A stretch of 64,000 nucleotides of DNA, from positions 90,460,001 through 90,524,000 of the forward strand of contig NW_024704743.1 in assembly GCF_018977255.1 (NCBI RefSeq), in the 5' to 3' direction. The position numbers were made by a program, and so were the translations under genes. This DNA comes from Callorhinchus milii (Eukaryota). The notes under the pieces were generated by a model. That model was not told the origin of the DNA. It did no database searches and worked only from the letters and a program-made list of their open reading frames with translations. Positions 24,600 through 38,345 of this stretch are shown here, in pieces; within the stretch, counting starts at the first letter, position 1; every line of letters begins with the position of its first letter.

Positions 24600-25010
24600 G
24601 ATCCTGTAAAGGATAGTGACTGTGTATTTTGTAGGCGAATGCAGCAACCAAATTTCACACAGAAAGGACAAGGCCAATAGCCAAGAATTGAATGACCAGT
24701 TTTGACTGGGGTAAATACTGACTAGGACAGCAGGGAAAATTCCAATCTATTTTTGAATAGTTCCACTCATCGTTAATTGATCCCCCTTCTGCTTGTTATT
24801 GATCTGAACAGAGGGGTGTCGATTCACCCAAAGGACCACATCTCCAACAATGCAAGTGGATTGCAGTGTCCAAGCATTGCATTGGAGTGTCAGCCTAGAC
24901 TATGAGATAGATCAAAATGTCTCAGAGGCAAGAATGTCTCAGAAGCAAGTGGCTCAGAGGTAAGAGTGTCTCAGAGGCAAGAGTGCCACCAACTGAGCCA
25001 GGCTGACACA
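24600..25010 (-). mobile_element. Family A (Deu) SINE with tandem expansion in its head
   Basis: Head gtgtcagcctggctcagttggtggcactcttgcctctgag on the minus strand, followed by body. Confidence 0.7.
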
Positions 25011-25119
25011 CTACTACTGTTGTTTAACCAAAAATAATGTTAAGAAATGAACTAATAGAAAATTTGACTAAAACCAGGGCAATGGTAATTATAAATAATT
25101 ATCTATTTGTAATAATATT

Positions 25120-25313
25120 CTTTCAAAAAATAATAATAATTTGGTCACTCAAACTACGACTGTTTGTGGTACACTGCTGTGCGCAATTGTCTGCCACGTT
25201 AAGGCCATGAAATACGTAGTCAATTCACTTCACAGTGTATTCTGTGAAGCGATTTGAGATGTCTCGAATACGTGATAAGGTGCTATATCAAATGCAAGGA
25301 TTATTATTATTAT
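25120..25313 (+). mobile_element. Family B SINE 3' fragment
   Basis: Shared 3' half gactgtttgtgg...gctgtgcgcaatt...tatatcaaatgcaaggattattatt. Confidence 0.8.
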
Positions 25314-26914
25314 ATTAATTCCTATTGTTGATTTTTTTGGAAAACCCTTTCTGATACTGGTATACGTATGTAAATGTCAGTTTGTTGTTATTAATGTGAT
25401 TCTTTCTTTCAGCCACGGTGTTTAGGTCAAGGATTGTTTTATTAATTTAAAATGCATCATTTAAGATGTGCTCTGCAAAATCTATTGTAACTTCTAGCAT
25501 CCCACTCCCAGGCATTTATAGTTGCTGACTTTATATCGTATGTTAAGTAGTGATACCCTAGTCAGCTATAGCCTACATGGGGGCTGAGCCAGCACAAATT
25601 CTTCTGGAGCTCCACTCCTGATGATGTTATGTAACCAGGAGGAGGTGATATCAGGACCATGGGATTCATACCCATTCTATATAAACAGAGGATGATTTCA
25701 GGAACAATGAAATTTATACTCACGGTATAGTCACAGTGAGTTGAATTAGATTGGACTAGTTTTCCTGTGATCCATGGAAAGCTTTTGGGCTGTGCAATAC
25801 TTAAATTGAGAACATGGAATAGTTTTTAAAATACTGACAGCATGAACAACCATTTAATGACATTGAAAATACTAACATTCAACACTGAGATGCTTTTATT
25901 TTGACTCCCACACATGGGAAGCATGGGGTATGACTTGCTCTTTCCAATTCACCCCACTGTGCTGCCAGAAGAGAAGCAGCTTTGTTCATATTCAAACACA
26001 ATGCAAGTTCATTTTGTGATGTAAGTGGAATTTCACAGAAAAAAATATTCATGCTTGAGGCAAAATCGAGCCCCGAATTGAATTCCGTTTAGAAGAAAAC
26101 AGGGAAAAATTGAGAACCATGTTTTGAGATGTTACATTTTTCACCCCAAAATGGCGCTTACTGAGGAAGTCCATCACACAGTCTGGACATTTGGTTAATA
26201 TCTTGTGAAAATAAACGTTTTTGACAATTTAAAATAATTTCTTATCCTGGTGGCTTACAACTGATTCAGATTCAGACATTAAATCAAACTAATGTTGTAA
26301 GGAGAATAGCGGTAATGGGATGAATACAAGGGAAGGTGCAGCGCATCATTGATTTCCATAGCAACTGTTAAACGACAGTGGCATGTTTTAATAGATTCTT
26401 TTATATATCTTTTGTTTTGTTAGTTTTTAATTTGCAGCACTTTTATTTTCTCATTCTTGAGAGAATCTGAAATATTTTGCCTGGGATGTGCATTAGCAAT
26501 AGTGTGTCATTCTCATTTTATAAAAGTGAAGAAACTCATAAAGAAAGCTTGGCATTCAGTCAGACCCAAGGTGAAATAGGTTGGGTGCCAATTCAGAGCT
26601 CCTTCTGATCAAATACACTCAAGCAAACTTCTACATTAATCCAACAGCTCAATTCAACAAACACCCACATCTTTCCTCATGAGGCCTGGGATAAACCACT
26701 ATTCTCTCTATTAAAGCTTGTAGACTGCGACATTTTAAGTGATGAAGGCTTCATTATTTTTCTCTCCAGTTTTATTTCCTCATCCCTCCTCCTTGAAGTC
26801 AGCAACTTGTACTGAAAGCATGGAATGAAAGAAATTGAATAAATCTGACGTGCAAGCCTGCTCCTACAAAGACTATGTTCCAATGAATCAAGTTACCCAA
26901 CCTACATAATCTTC

Positions 26915-27131
26915 TAATAATAATAATAATAATAATCCTTGCATTTGATATAGCGCTTTTCACGTCGGGAGGACGTCCCAAAGCCCTTCACAGAACACAC
27001 TGTAAAGTGAATTGACTGTATATTTGTGGGCGAACGCGGCAGCCAATTGCGCACAGCAATGTCCCACAAACAGTCGTAGATTGAAAATGACCAATTTATT
27101 ATTGTTTTAGGTTTTGGAGGGATTATTATTA
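26915..27131 (-). mobile_element. Family B SINE 3' fragment, young
   Basis: Reverse complement is almost identical to 13205-13419. Confidence 0.85.
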
Positions 27132-29404
27132 TGAGGGAAAGTTCTGCATCAAGCTTTATTGATCCTCAAAAGTAGTCAAACAAATAACTCTTCAAAATAT
27201 CTAGCACAGGAGCTGCACTATAAACCCATGGTTGGCTCTCCGTCACACATGAAAACCCCTGCTTGGCAGCAGAGGAACCTCTGTGTTGTGGGAAGTCATT
27301 GATCATCTCAGTAATACATAAAACATGAAGGTTTTCAGCACAGAAAGATTCCATTCGGCTCATTGTGTTTGTCCAACTGTTACCCGTTTTTCTAAGTCAC
27401 TCTTTTTCACTAATTCCGCATTCCAGTTCTTTCCTCACATCACTTAATGTTTTTATTGATCAGAGGTTGAACCACCATCACCACCAACAACAACTTGCAT
27501 TAATGAAACGTCATTCACCGGGATAGTGTATCGGAGCATTGCAGAGTGATGTGGTCTGATGCCGAGCAAGGGAGAAGGGGGAGGGGGAGGTGACCGTAGA
27601 TGCAGTTGAAGAGGCAGGTCTTTAGGTGGGTTTTAAGGATAAATAGTTTTATTTCCTCATTTCCTCCTCTCTGATGTCAGCAACTCATAATGAAAGCATG
27701 GAATGAAAGAGATGGAATAAATCAGACGAGATTCTCGGACAGCTTGCTTCACATATTTGATTCAGTGATGCAAAAAACCCCTTGTGAACTCTGATCTAAT
27801 TTGCAGCTTGTTAGTTTGGAAGCTGTTTCCTCCAGTTCTTCACTGGCAGAGCTGCTCACATCTAAAGCTATCCCTCGCAGCAATTTGAAGACTGAGTGAA
27901 GCACATCTACTGCGAGCATAGGAAAGAACTGCCAGAAATAATTCCAACTGCGGCAAGCTCATTTTAGTGACAGACTGGGACATGAACAGACATTTCTTTG
28001 ACTGTAACGTCATTATTTTAGCTCATCTGAGTGAGCTCTTGTGGTGTCCTGGCTAACATACTAACATTGACAATACGGCACACTTGCTTTCATTTGGATT
28101 CTGTGAGGATGGCTTAAGCAGCATCAGGGTAATTTTCACTCCTTGGCCATCCAAACGAAAACTGATATTTCAATACCACAGATATTTCAGGGTCACCCTG
28201 AAACTATATTACACAACAACAGAGCAGCAAAGCCTCGATTTGAAAATCCGCCTCCCTCCTGAATAAGCCCAGAGAGTTTGCTTACGTGCTGAAGATGACA
28301 AGTGAAGCCCAAACATTTCAGCGTGCCTTTTACAAGCACGGGATACAAGCCTCTCCGAGCACACTTAGGAGATTTCGGGTGAACTCAGGCTTAATTCAGA
28401 TTGAGTTAAGGCTGATTGATTCAAATCCAGTGCCCTAAAGATTGTCAATAAAGATCATTGTCAGTATTTGAAATGATCCTGCTTTGGGAGTCCAAGAAAG
28501 CATTGCTCTGAGCGTTTTAGCCAGATTTGAGTGAAACAACACAATATGATACAAATTACAACAACAACAACTTGCACTTATATAGCACCCTCCACGCAGG
28601 GCAGCATCTCAGAGCGCTTAAATAAATTAACATTCATATAGCACCTTTCATGTCGGACGACATCCTAAGACACTTAACAACGATGGCTTGGGATGAGGAG
28701 GGGAAAGATGAGGTAAAAGAGGTAGGTTTTGAGATGGACTTTAAATGAGGTGATGGAGGGAGCGAGTCAGAAGGACTCTGGGGTAGAGTTCCAGAGAGTG
28801 GAGGAAGATAGGCTGCAAGCTTGACTGCTGAAGGTGGGGGGTGTGGGGCAGGGTGGGCACATGAAGCAGGCGCTGAGCGAAGGGAGTGGATGGATCAGAT
28901 GGTGATACTATTATTTAGGTGGTGGGTGGAGGTGGTAGTGGGAGTTCAAAATCACATTTTAATATTGTTCTTTAAGTAAGAAATGGAACATGTTTAGGAA
29001 TACCAAATGTTGACACCTATATTTTTTTGTGCCAGAGATTCCTAATCTTTACTCACACTAAGACAGACTAACTAACAGCCAGTTAAGTTCAAATAAATTG
29101 AAGCCTGTCCTGTGTAATAATAATAATAATAACAAACACAGTTATAAATAACAATAGTAATAATAATAATAACCCTTGCATTTGATACAACACCTTTCAC
29201 ATTGTGGGGGACATCTCAAAGCACTTTACAATAGCAACAAACAAATTACATATGCATAGTGCTTTTCATGTCGGGAGGACATCCCAAGGCACTGTAAAGA
29301 TTTTACTGTGAAGTTTAGTGATTGTGTATTTATAGGCAAATGATGGAAGTCACATGACAGAAGCCCAGCCCTGTATAATCCATTGCAACAATGTGGACTT
29401 AATA

Positions 29405-30078
29405 AGAACATAAGAACATAAGAATTAGGAGCAGGAGTATGCCATTCGGCCCTTCGTGCCTGCTCCGCCATTCAATAAGATCATGGCTGATCTTCTCACC
29501 TAACTCCGATTACCTGCCCTATCCCCATATCCCCTAATCCCTCTATTTTTCAAGAATCTATCAGTCTCAGCCCTGAAGATGTTCAAGGACTGAGCATCTA
29601 CAGCCTTCTGGGGTAGTGAATTCCATAAGTTCACTACCCTCTGAGTGAAGAAATGTTTCATCAACTCTGTTCTAAAAGGCTGACCCTTAATTTTAAGACT
29701 GTGACCCCTGGTTATAGATTCTCCTACCAGGGGAAACAGTCCCTCTGTGTCTACTTTATCAGCCCTTTAAGAATCTTATAAGTTTCAATAAGATCCCCCT
29801 TAATTCTTCTGTACGCTAGAGAATACAGCCCTAGTTTATTCAGCCTATCCTCATAGGTCAGTCCCCTCATCCCAGGAACTAACCGAGTGAATCTACGCTG
29901 CATCCCCTCTAGGGCAAGTATGTCCTTATTTAAATAAGGAGACCAAAACTGCACACAATACTCTAGGTGCAAACCCCTTTACAGTTGCAGCAAGACTTCC
30001 CTACTCTTATATTCTAAACCTTTCGAAATGAACGCTAACATGTCGTTCGCCTTCTTAGTTGCTTGCTGCACCTGCAGT
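29405..30078 (-). mobile_element. CR1-clade LINE 3' fragment
   Basis: HLEYCVQFWSPYL...QRRFTRLVPGM...GDLIETYKILKG; 3' end with (TTCTTATG)n-like tail. Confidence 0.9.
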
Positions 30079-33000
30079 TGGTGAAAGGAGAACAAATGTT
30101 GTGATATTTTTGCATCGAAAGATTGTGGGAATGGGAATTGTTTACAAAAACAATGAGAACAGCTAATGATGCTGATCTATGGTATTTGCAAGGGTAAATT
30201 AGTACCTATCTGAACATACAGGGGGAGTTGTACTACAGAACATGGGCTGAAATTTCAGTCAGCACTTGTAGAGATGTATGTCGGCTGCTAATGGGCTTTC
30301 TCCATCAAAATCATATGTCACCAAAAGTATCGCTGAACATAATTTCAGCCAATAGTGAGTGCCTTTACAGTTAGTCCTTGTCTACAAAAGATCCAACTGC
30401 TCCAAGATGCTAAAGGGTGCTTTATAAATGCAAGTTGTTGTTATAGATAGAGAAAGGAATCTAAGCCAATTCAGAATATATCGTCTTCAATCTTGAAATG
30501 ACAGCTTTGCTTCAAGACAAAAGAGTATGCAGACAAAATGGAAAGTTTTCCTTCATCAGCAAATGCTGTGATGGACGAGCAAACTCATTGTTTGGCAGCT
30601 ACAGAACAATTGACTTGGTGAATGCATTTATCTGTCAGACCAGGCACCTAGCTTGCCACTGCAGAAGAAAATGCTTCAAAGTCTCTTCAAACGTGTTAAT
30701 AGATAGGAATGTGATGCTTTTTTCAAAATCCAAACACTTAGTCTCAGGTCATCTGAACTACTAATGCTGGATTGTGGGAGGGAGGGGAGTGGGTGTGAAT
30801 GAAAGAGAAATTCTTAGTTTGGAAGACAATCAGAATGCCTCATATCTCTGACATCACGTTGAGATCATAACTTGGGCCCTACATTGTAGAGTGATTAAAC
30901 AAATTGCCTTACCTGCTCACAGAAGAATTTGGGGAGTACAATATGATCATAAACTGATCATATAGTTATATATATTATATATAATGTACATATGTAAGTA
31001 TTTATATAGTTCATGAAGGAAATGTTAGAAACATATATTGTGATGGTTCATAAAGGCTCTAGGATAATATTTTGCCTTCACCAAGTGTCAATGCTGTGGA
31101 TAACTTAAATCAGCAGGCTGAAACTACAAAGGACTTTTATTCTACTCTTTGTGAACTTGATGAATACTGGAATTCAGTGGAAAGTGTTGCCAAAGCTTTT
31201 TCAAAGAAGAAATGTTAGAATACTGTGACAATGACTGGATTCATGTTATTTCTCAACAGGAGAAAACGTGTGACTAATAGAATAGAGGACAAGGGAGAGT
31301 GATTGACAGATGAAGGAGGAAGGGTGGACAAGCCTGTTGAAGGGAGATAGTAGACCAAGAGAGCCAGAGAGGGTTGAAGGAGGGTGAACATGGTGGGGGT
31401 GGGGGGCAGAGGAAGATGAATTGAAGGCAACAGTGACTGGTAATATGTAAACTGTTGTGGGGGGAGCCAGTGAGGGCACAAGGAGAATGTTACCAAGAGT
31501 TACTATGAAATAATAACTGGCAAAGAGTATGAGATGTGTGCAGTGAGTTAAAGTTAAAGAGACATTCTCAGAAATGGACAAAGAAAATAGCTGAGAAAGC
31601 ATGATAGGTGGGCGTGGGGGGAAGAGGGCAGCAATAGACAATGAGAGGAGAGAACATGGCAGAGGATGTTGGGTGATTTGAGGCTATCTTTCTTATCGCC
31701 TTCTGTACTTTTTCTTTCCACTGCTGAAATGCTAGCTCTCAATCAATGTCTACCAGCTCCCACACAACACATACATATTGATGGAGATAATTGCTCAGCC
31801 TGCACACTAGATGGAGTGCCCTGTTCGAAGCTGGCTGTTGCTTCAGCTTTGCTGCGTCTTGACACATCAACCTCCAGGGATCATTTTCAGAGTTGCATTT
31901 GCCAAAGGCAAGTGGGTCGAACAATAGTTCTTTAGTAATTATTGCAAATTTCACAATCGGAAGGAAGTATATTTATTAAATGTCCTTATGTCATAACATC
32001 TCAACGTGCTTCTCAAGATACTATCAAGATTTGTAACACTTTTTGTAGACAGACCAGCTAGATCCCTCAAACAGTTATGAGGAAATTGGGCAATTATTGG
32101 CCAATATACTGGGAGTAACACCCTCCTGTTTTTAAATAATGTCATGGGATTTTTAATGTTCATCTGAAGAACAGATCTATTAACATCTAGTTTATAGGCC
32201 ATAACCACCAACAATACAGTGAGTGCTCCTCACTTACTGGAGTCACAGCCTGGACTGTGAGCTCATGCCCCCAAGTCATATGAGGGCTATCTCTTTCCAC
32301 AACCCTATGGCAGTGATACATTCTGTACCATCTGCAATATATCAATGTATATTGCATTGTATATATGTGCAGATAATTTAGATATTGTACAACCAGAAAA
32401 AATAAATTGATATCAGTTATATATTCTCTCATTCTTCAGAATGAGGTAGCTTTGCGGCAGTTAATTGATAAATTAATATGGATTTTTGATTGGATTATCT
32501 CTTCAGTACAAAATATGTCAAAGAGGCGCATTTACAAACATACTTACTGCACAGATCATAACATGTAAAGTGCACCTCAAAAAAGGATGCATTAGTATGA
32601 AATGAAATACAACAGCAACCCCACTAATTCAGTGGCAGAACACTCAGAATTGAGTGACACTCAAGGCCAATAGGTATTTGCTGGTACCAGTCTTTACACT
32701 TTTGAATCTGTTCACTGCATTGTTCCTGGTTCCTTACAACATCACCTATTTGCATTTATACTTCACCCTTCACACAGGTAGTCTTAATGTTCTTCCTATC
32801 CATGTCATGCTGCTCATCAGCAGGTATGCAGATAGTACCTGCTATCTGCTTGGTAAGGGTCAAACTTGTGCTTGACATCTGTCTAATAACCAATTATTTT
32901 CCATGGAGGGGACGAGATAAACAGGTTTTCGTCAGGGTTGAGTTGGCTCCAATGCAAGGAATCTTCTCATTCAGCTTCGGTTAACCCTGAATGCCAAAGC

Positions 33001-34344
33001 CCTAACCAGTGGGGTGATCTCAGCTGGACAAGTACCAGGAAGCTTGCCAGACAATGGAGAGCTGAAGAATATGTTTCAATCCCACACAGATATTCAGGAC
33101 CAGGAGCATCAGTATGCAGAGCTGGAGAATTTCCTCTGACTCATCTTTCTATAGCGTTTTTCAAGAACATGTGAAAATGGTGCTTTAGTATAAATCACTG
33201 CAGAATTTTAGGCTAAACATTGGACTCTTGCAGCAAAATTAATATGGAGCATTCTGGACAAGCTACGTTTTGTTTGTTTCATAAAATAACAGTAACGTGA
33301 ATTAAATTAGGCCTTGTTACGCTGAGCATTTAAACTTAGATAGAGAAATACATTATCGTACAGTTTAATGCATACAAGCCACTCTTCTACTTAGAATCAC
33401 AAAAAATGAATATGTTTGTATGATAACTTATATAGCAATAAAAGATAACTTTTTAATGTAAATGTAGGTCAAACTGTGAATTCTCATCAGCTATTGACAA
33501 TTTGCATAGCATCCTGACATGTAATAGAAAACCACTAGAGGATAATGGGACAATTTAGAGTAATTGTTAATAATATTTTCAGAAAAGTCTGGAGAATATC
33601 ACTTGTCAATTCTCAAGAGAAACTTCAATCCACAGAGTAAAAGAAATGAAGTGTTCGTAAGTGATTAAAGCCTGGATACAACTTGCTAAGGCAAATGCTT
33701 CAAAACATGTTTATCAGACAAGTCAGACATACCAACTATAGAGGTATGTTTTCTATTAGACGATAACACAGCTACTAACTTTAACAGAATGAGTGAAAGA
33801 TTTATTTATTTAAAGATGGAAATAATTTTAAATTCTAGTTGCTTTTTTATTAATAATTATCTTACAAGCAACACAAACGTTTAGAAGACTTTTTACGTAA
33901 GAGTAAAGACAAGGTGGAATAGACCACCAGATAAAGCTTTCAATGTGTTGTTAAAATGTACTTAGGATTAAATATAGTTAGACTGAGTGTATCAGAGTGG
34001 AGTTCCCACAGGAGGGCATGATGCACTTCCAGGTATGGGAAAGAATCCCATTTGTGCAACTCAGAAACCCTTATTAAGGAATTCTACTGTGAATCATTGT
34101 AATTTAGACTAATTCTTTTTGAACTTCTGGTACAGTGAAAATGTCATGAATGGCTGTTGGTCAAGGTAGGTCAAATAATTAGCTATGTATTGTGGAGTCT
34201 TGCTCAATTTACTTTGTCGGGGGAAAGGACAAGTTTGTGAGCATAATGAAAGAGCGCACATTTAATATGATCACAGAAAGAATTAAAGGGGAAGTTTGAA
34301 AACAAATGTGTACAAAGAGGCAGCTGAGAATGTGTAATTCTCTT

Positions 34345-35700
34345 TCAACAACAACAAATTGCATTTATGTAGCGCCCCTTAAGCAGGGTAGCATCCCAGG
34401 GCTCTTGACAATGGCAGAGCCTGACTCCAAGAGGTGGGGTGGGGGTGGGGAGGCGGAGGTGGCTGTAAGCACAGTCGAAAAGGAAGGTTTTCAATCGGGA
34501 CTTGAAAAAGAGGAGAGAGAGGGCTAGGTGGAAGGATTGAGGGTGAGTGTTACAGAGTTTGGGGCATAGTGGCTGAAAGCGCAACCTCCAATGGTGGGGA
34601 GGAGGGCATGGGGGACAAGCAGCAGGCCAGTACCAGTCGAGCAGAGGCGCAGTGTGGTGGATTGGAGAGTGAGGAGGTCGAAGAGGTAGGGAGGTGACAG
34701 AGAGTGAAGGGATTTGAACACGAGTGTGAGGATCTTGAAGTCGAACCGGTCAGTGATGGGGAGCCAGTGGAGCCTGGCCAGAACTGGTGAGATGTGAGTA
34801 TGGAGTTTGGTCCGGGTGAGTATGTGGGCAGCAGAGTTCTGAATGAACTGGATCTTTTGAATAGTTGGAGCTGGGGAGACCGGCCAGGAGTGCGTTTGAG
34901 CAATCCAGGTGGAAGGTGACAAACACATGTATAAGGGTTTTGGTTGCATTTGGGGTAAGATACAGTTGGAGGTGGGCAATGAGGCAGAGGTGAAAGAAGG
35001 CGGTCCTGGTCAGGGACCAGATGTGGGGGAGGAAGGACAGCTGGGGGTCGAACTGGATGCCTATATTGCACACTGGTTCGGTGAGTGTAAGGGAGAGCCC
35101 AGGGAGCTTGGGGAGTTCAGATCCACATGTGGCTTCCGTCTTGTCCACATTCAGCTGCAGAAAGTTTATAGTCATCCAGAGCCTGATGTCTGCCAGACAA
35201 GCTGATAGAACATCGGCGGACCTGGAGTTGGTACTGGAGGAGGCAAAGTAGATTTGTGTGTCATTCGCATGTGGAAGTTTACCCTGTATCTTCAGATGAC
35301 ATCGCCCAGAGGGAGCATACAGATAAGGAAAAGAAGAGGGCCAAGGATGGATCCCTGGGGTATCCCGCAGGTGACAGGGCGGGGATGGGAGGAGAAACCA
35401 TTTGCCGAGATGAAATGGAGGCAGTTGGTTAAGTAGGACTCGAACCATGCAAGTGCGGTCCCACTAAAGTGGTTGAGGGAGGAGAGGCGGCGGAGGAGGA
35501 TGGCTTGGTCGACCGTGACGAGGATGCAGAGGGAGCCCTGGTCATAGATAGAGAGGACATTGTTTGTGACTTTGACAAGTGCTGTCTCTGTGCTGTGGGC
35601 AGGGCGAAAACCAGACTGCAGGGGCTCGAAGAAGGAGTGGAGGGAGAGGTGTGACCAAAGTTGACCTCAACAATGCGATCCAGGACTTTGGCAAGGAAAG
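34345..35700 (-). mobile_element. L2-clade LINE 3' fragment, about 1.35 kb; further L2 pieces extend to about 36120
   Basis: ORF track shows ANDTQIY...LQLNVDKTE...IQNSAAHILTRT...LARLHWLPI; (TTG)n tail. Confidence 0.9.
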
Positions 35701-36254
35701 GTAGGTTGGAAATGGGATGGTAGGATGAAAGATTAGAGGGATCGAAGGCAAGGCAGAGGGATAGAGGAAGAGTGTTCCAGAGTTTTGGGGTATAGTGGCT
35801 GAAATCACGGCCACCGATGATGGAACGGAGGGCACGAGGGACATGCAGGAGCCAAAGTCAGGTGAGTGGAAGCAGTGTGTAATGTGGATTAGTGTTTCAG
35901 CTGCGTCTGGTGTCTGGCGTCTGGTGTAAAGTACGGTTGGAGGCGGGCAACGTGGTGGAGGTGGAAGAAGACAGTCTGGGACCGGATGTGGGGGAGGAAG
36001 GACAGCTGTGGATCAAACCTGACGCCTAGGTTGCGCATTTGTTCGGTAAGTCTGAGGGATAGGCTGGGGAGATTGAGGAGGTCAGAGGCGCAGGACAGAA
36101 GAAATTGACGGGAGCATACACCATATTGATGGGTTAATTGGCTTGTTCTGTGCTGTAATATTCTATGATTCTATATCTTCAGGGTATTACAACAGCAACT
36201 CACATTTAACTAGTGTCCTTGATGTAGAATAACTTGGAGTGCTTAATGATGTCT

Positions 36255-36690
36255 ACAATAACAATCATTTTTACGTTTGATATTTTGCCTTTCACATTGA
36301 GAGGATGACCCAAAAAATTTCACAGGATTTAGTGCAAAGTGTAGTGTCTGGATTTCGTAGGTAACCAATTTGCACACAGTAATATCCCACAAACAGCCAT
36401 GAAGTGAATGACCAATTTTATCTGGAGGATTGTTGATCAGGACACTGAAAGAAACTTATTTTTCTTTTTGAGCAGTGCAATAGGATCTTTTAACATCTAC
36501 CTGAACAGGCAGACGGGACCTCAGTGTAATGTCTCATCCAAAGGAAGGCACTTCTCACAATACAGTACAGTTCCAGTTCCAGCATTGCACTGGAGTGTCA
36601 GACTAGATTATGTGAGTTCAAAGACCTGATATGAAACGTGAACCCACAACCTTGTGACTCAAAAGTGAAAGTACTGCCAACTGAGCAAGG
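36255..36690 (-). mobile_element. Family A (Deu) SINE, near full length
   Basis: Head, Deu body and tail collinear with 23008-23422 and 59238-59655. Confidence 0.75.
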
Positions 36691-36884
36691 CTCTTAATAA
36701 AGGTGATCATACATGATGTGGGCAGTCATTAATTCTAAGACATTGATTTGTGGGGTGAGAATCTCAGATCAGAGATTTACAGTAGTAGCAGAACAGTCAT
36801 TCTTTGACTTTAATGATAATTACATTTGCAAGTGAAATTATTCTTGATTACACATTGCAGTAAAAACAAAAAATTCTTGACCTT

Positions 36885-37315
36885 TCCCAACCTCCAGTGC
36901 TATGGTTGACGGAGTCCTGCATTGTTTGGGGTGCTATAGTTCAGATGCGACACTAAATTGAGGTCCCCTCTCCCTGTTCAAGTGAATATTAAACAACAAC
37001 AACAAAATTACATTTGTATAGCGCCTTTAATGTCGGGAGGGCATCCCAAGCCACTGGACAATCAGTGTTTCGGACCTAAGCTGGGGATTCTCATCCCAGA
37101 CAATTCATGACAGACCAAAAATTCCCCAGATGAAAAAAAAGGTAATTCACTTCCCAGCTGTTTGTATGATATTATTGTGCGCAAACTGGCTGCTGCAATC
37201 ATCTACAAATACACGGTCACTTTACATTTTATGGTAAATCCTGGGAAGTGCTTTGAGATATTTTGACAACATAATAAGGTGCTATATCAAATGCAAGAAT
37301 TATTATCATTATTAT
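36885..37315 (+). mobile_element. Family A (Deu) SINE interrupted by an antisense L2 tail (about 36993-37085)
   Basis: Deu body on either side of caacaacaac...agcgcctttaatgtcgggagggcatcccaag. Confidence 0.65.
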
Positions 37316-37509
37316 TTCAAGTTAAGGTATTATCGGTAGGCTGCTTAGCAAGATAATTCAGGCTTCCAATAAACCTCCTGGCCAGGCATTGCAACATAAT
37401 TCATCCCTGCAAATCTGCTGAATCTGCTCTTCATTGACCTCAGAAAAGGCTGGCAGAAACCTAGAAGCACCTCATAATATTAACCCTTGATATTCAAGAA
37501 GGAAGTTAG

Positions 37510-38345
37510 TATATGCAGCTGAATGTGGACAAGACGGAAGTCATACTGCTTGCCTCCCGTCAACGTCTTCACTCCTGAGGATCTAAACTCCTCAATCTCC
37601 ATGGGCTCTACCTCACACTCACTGAACGAGTGCACAATCTAGGCGTCTGGCTTGACCCCCAGCTGTCCTTCCTCCTCCACATACGGTCCCTGACCGGAAC
37701 TGCCTTCTTCCACCTCCGCCACGTTGCCCGACGCAGACTGTACCTTACCCCAAATGCAACCAAAACCCTTGTACACGTGTTTGTCACCTTCCGCCTGGAT
37801 TACTCAAGCACACTCCTCGCCAGTCTCCCCAGCTCCACTATTCAAAAGATCCAGTTCATTCAGAGCTCTGCTGCCCACATACTGACCCGGACCAAACTCT
37901 ATACACACATCTCAGCAACTCTGGCCAGGCTCCACTGGCTCCCCATCACCAAATGGATTGACTTCAAGATCCTCATACTCATGTTCAAATCCCTTCACTC
38001 CCTGGCACCTCCCTACCTCTGTGACCTCCTCACTCCCCAATCCACCACCAGGTGCCCCCGCTCGACTGCCACCTTCCTCCTGCTCATCCCTCGACCCCTC
38101 CTCCCCACCATCGGAGGTCGTGCTTTCAGCCACTACACCCTGAAACTCTGGAATACTCTCCCTCCATCTTGCTCTCTCTCTCTTTTTTCATATCCCGTCT
38201 GAAAACCTTATTCTTCGACCTTGCTTACGGCTACCATCCCCTTCCCCTGCCCCCCCCGGCTCGGAGTCAGGTTCCGCCACTGTTAAGCGCTCAGAGACGC
38301 TACCCTGCATGGAAGGTGCTATATAAGTACAAGTTGTTGTGTTAT
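37510..38345 (+). mobile_element. L2-clade LINE 3' fragment
   Basis: 190-aa ORF at 37630-38202 is L2 ORF2 C-terminus; (TTG)n tail; same subfamily as 34345-35700. Confidence 0.9.
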
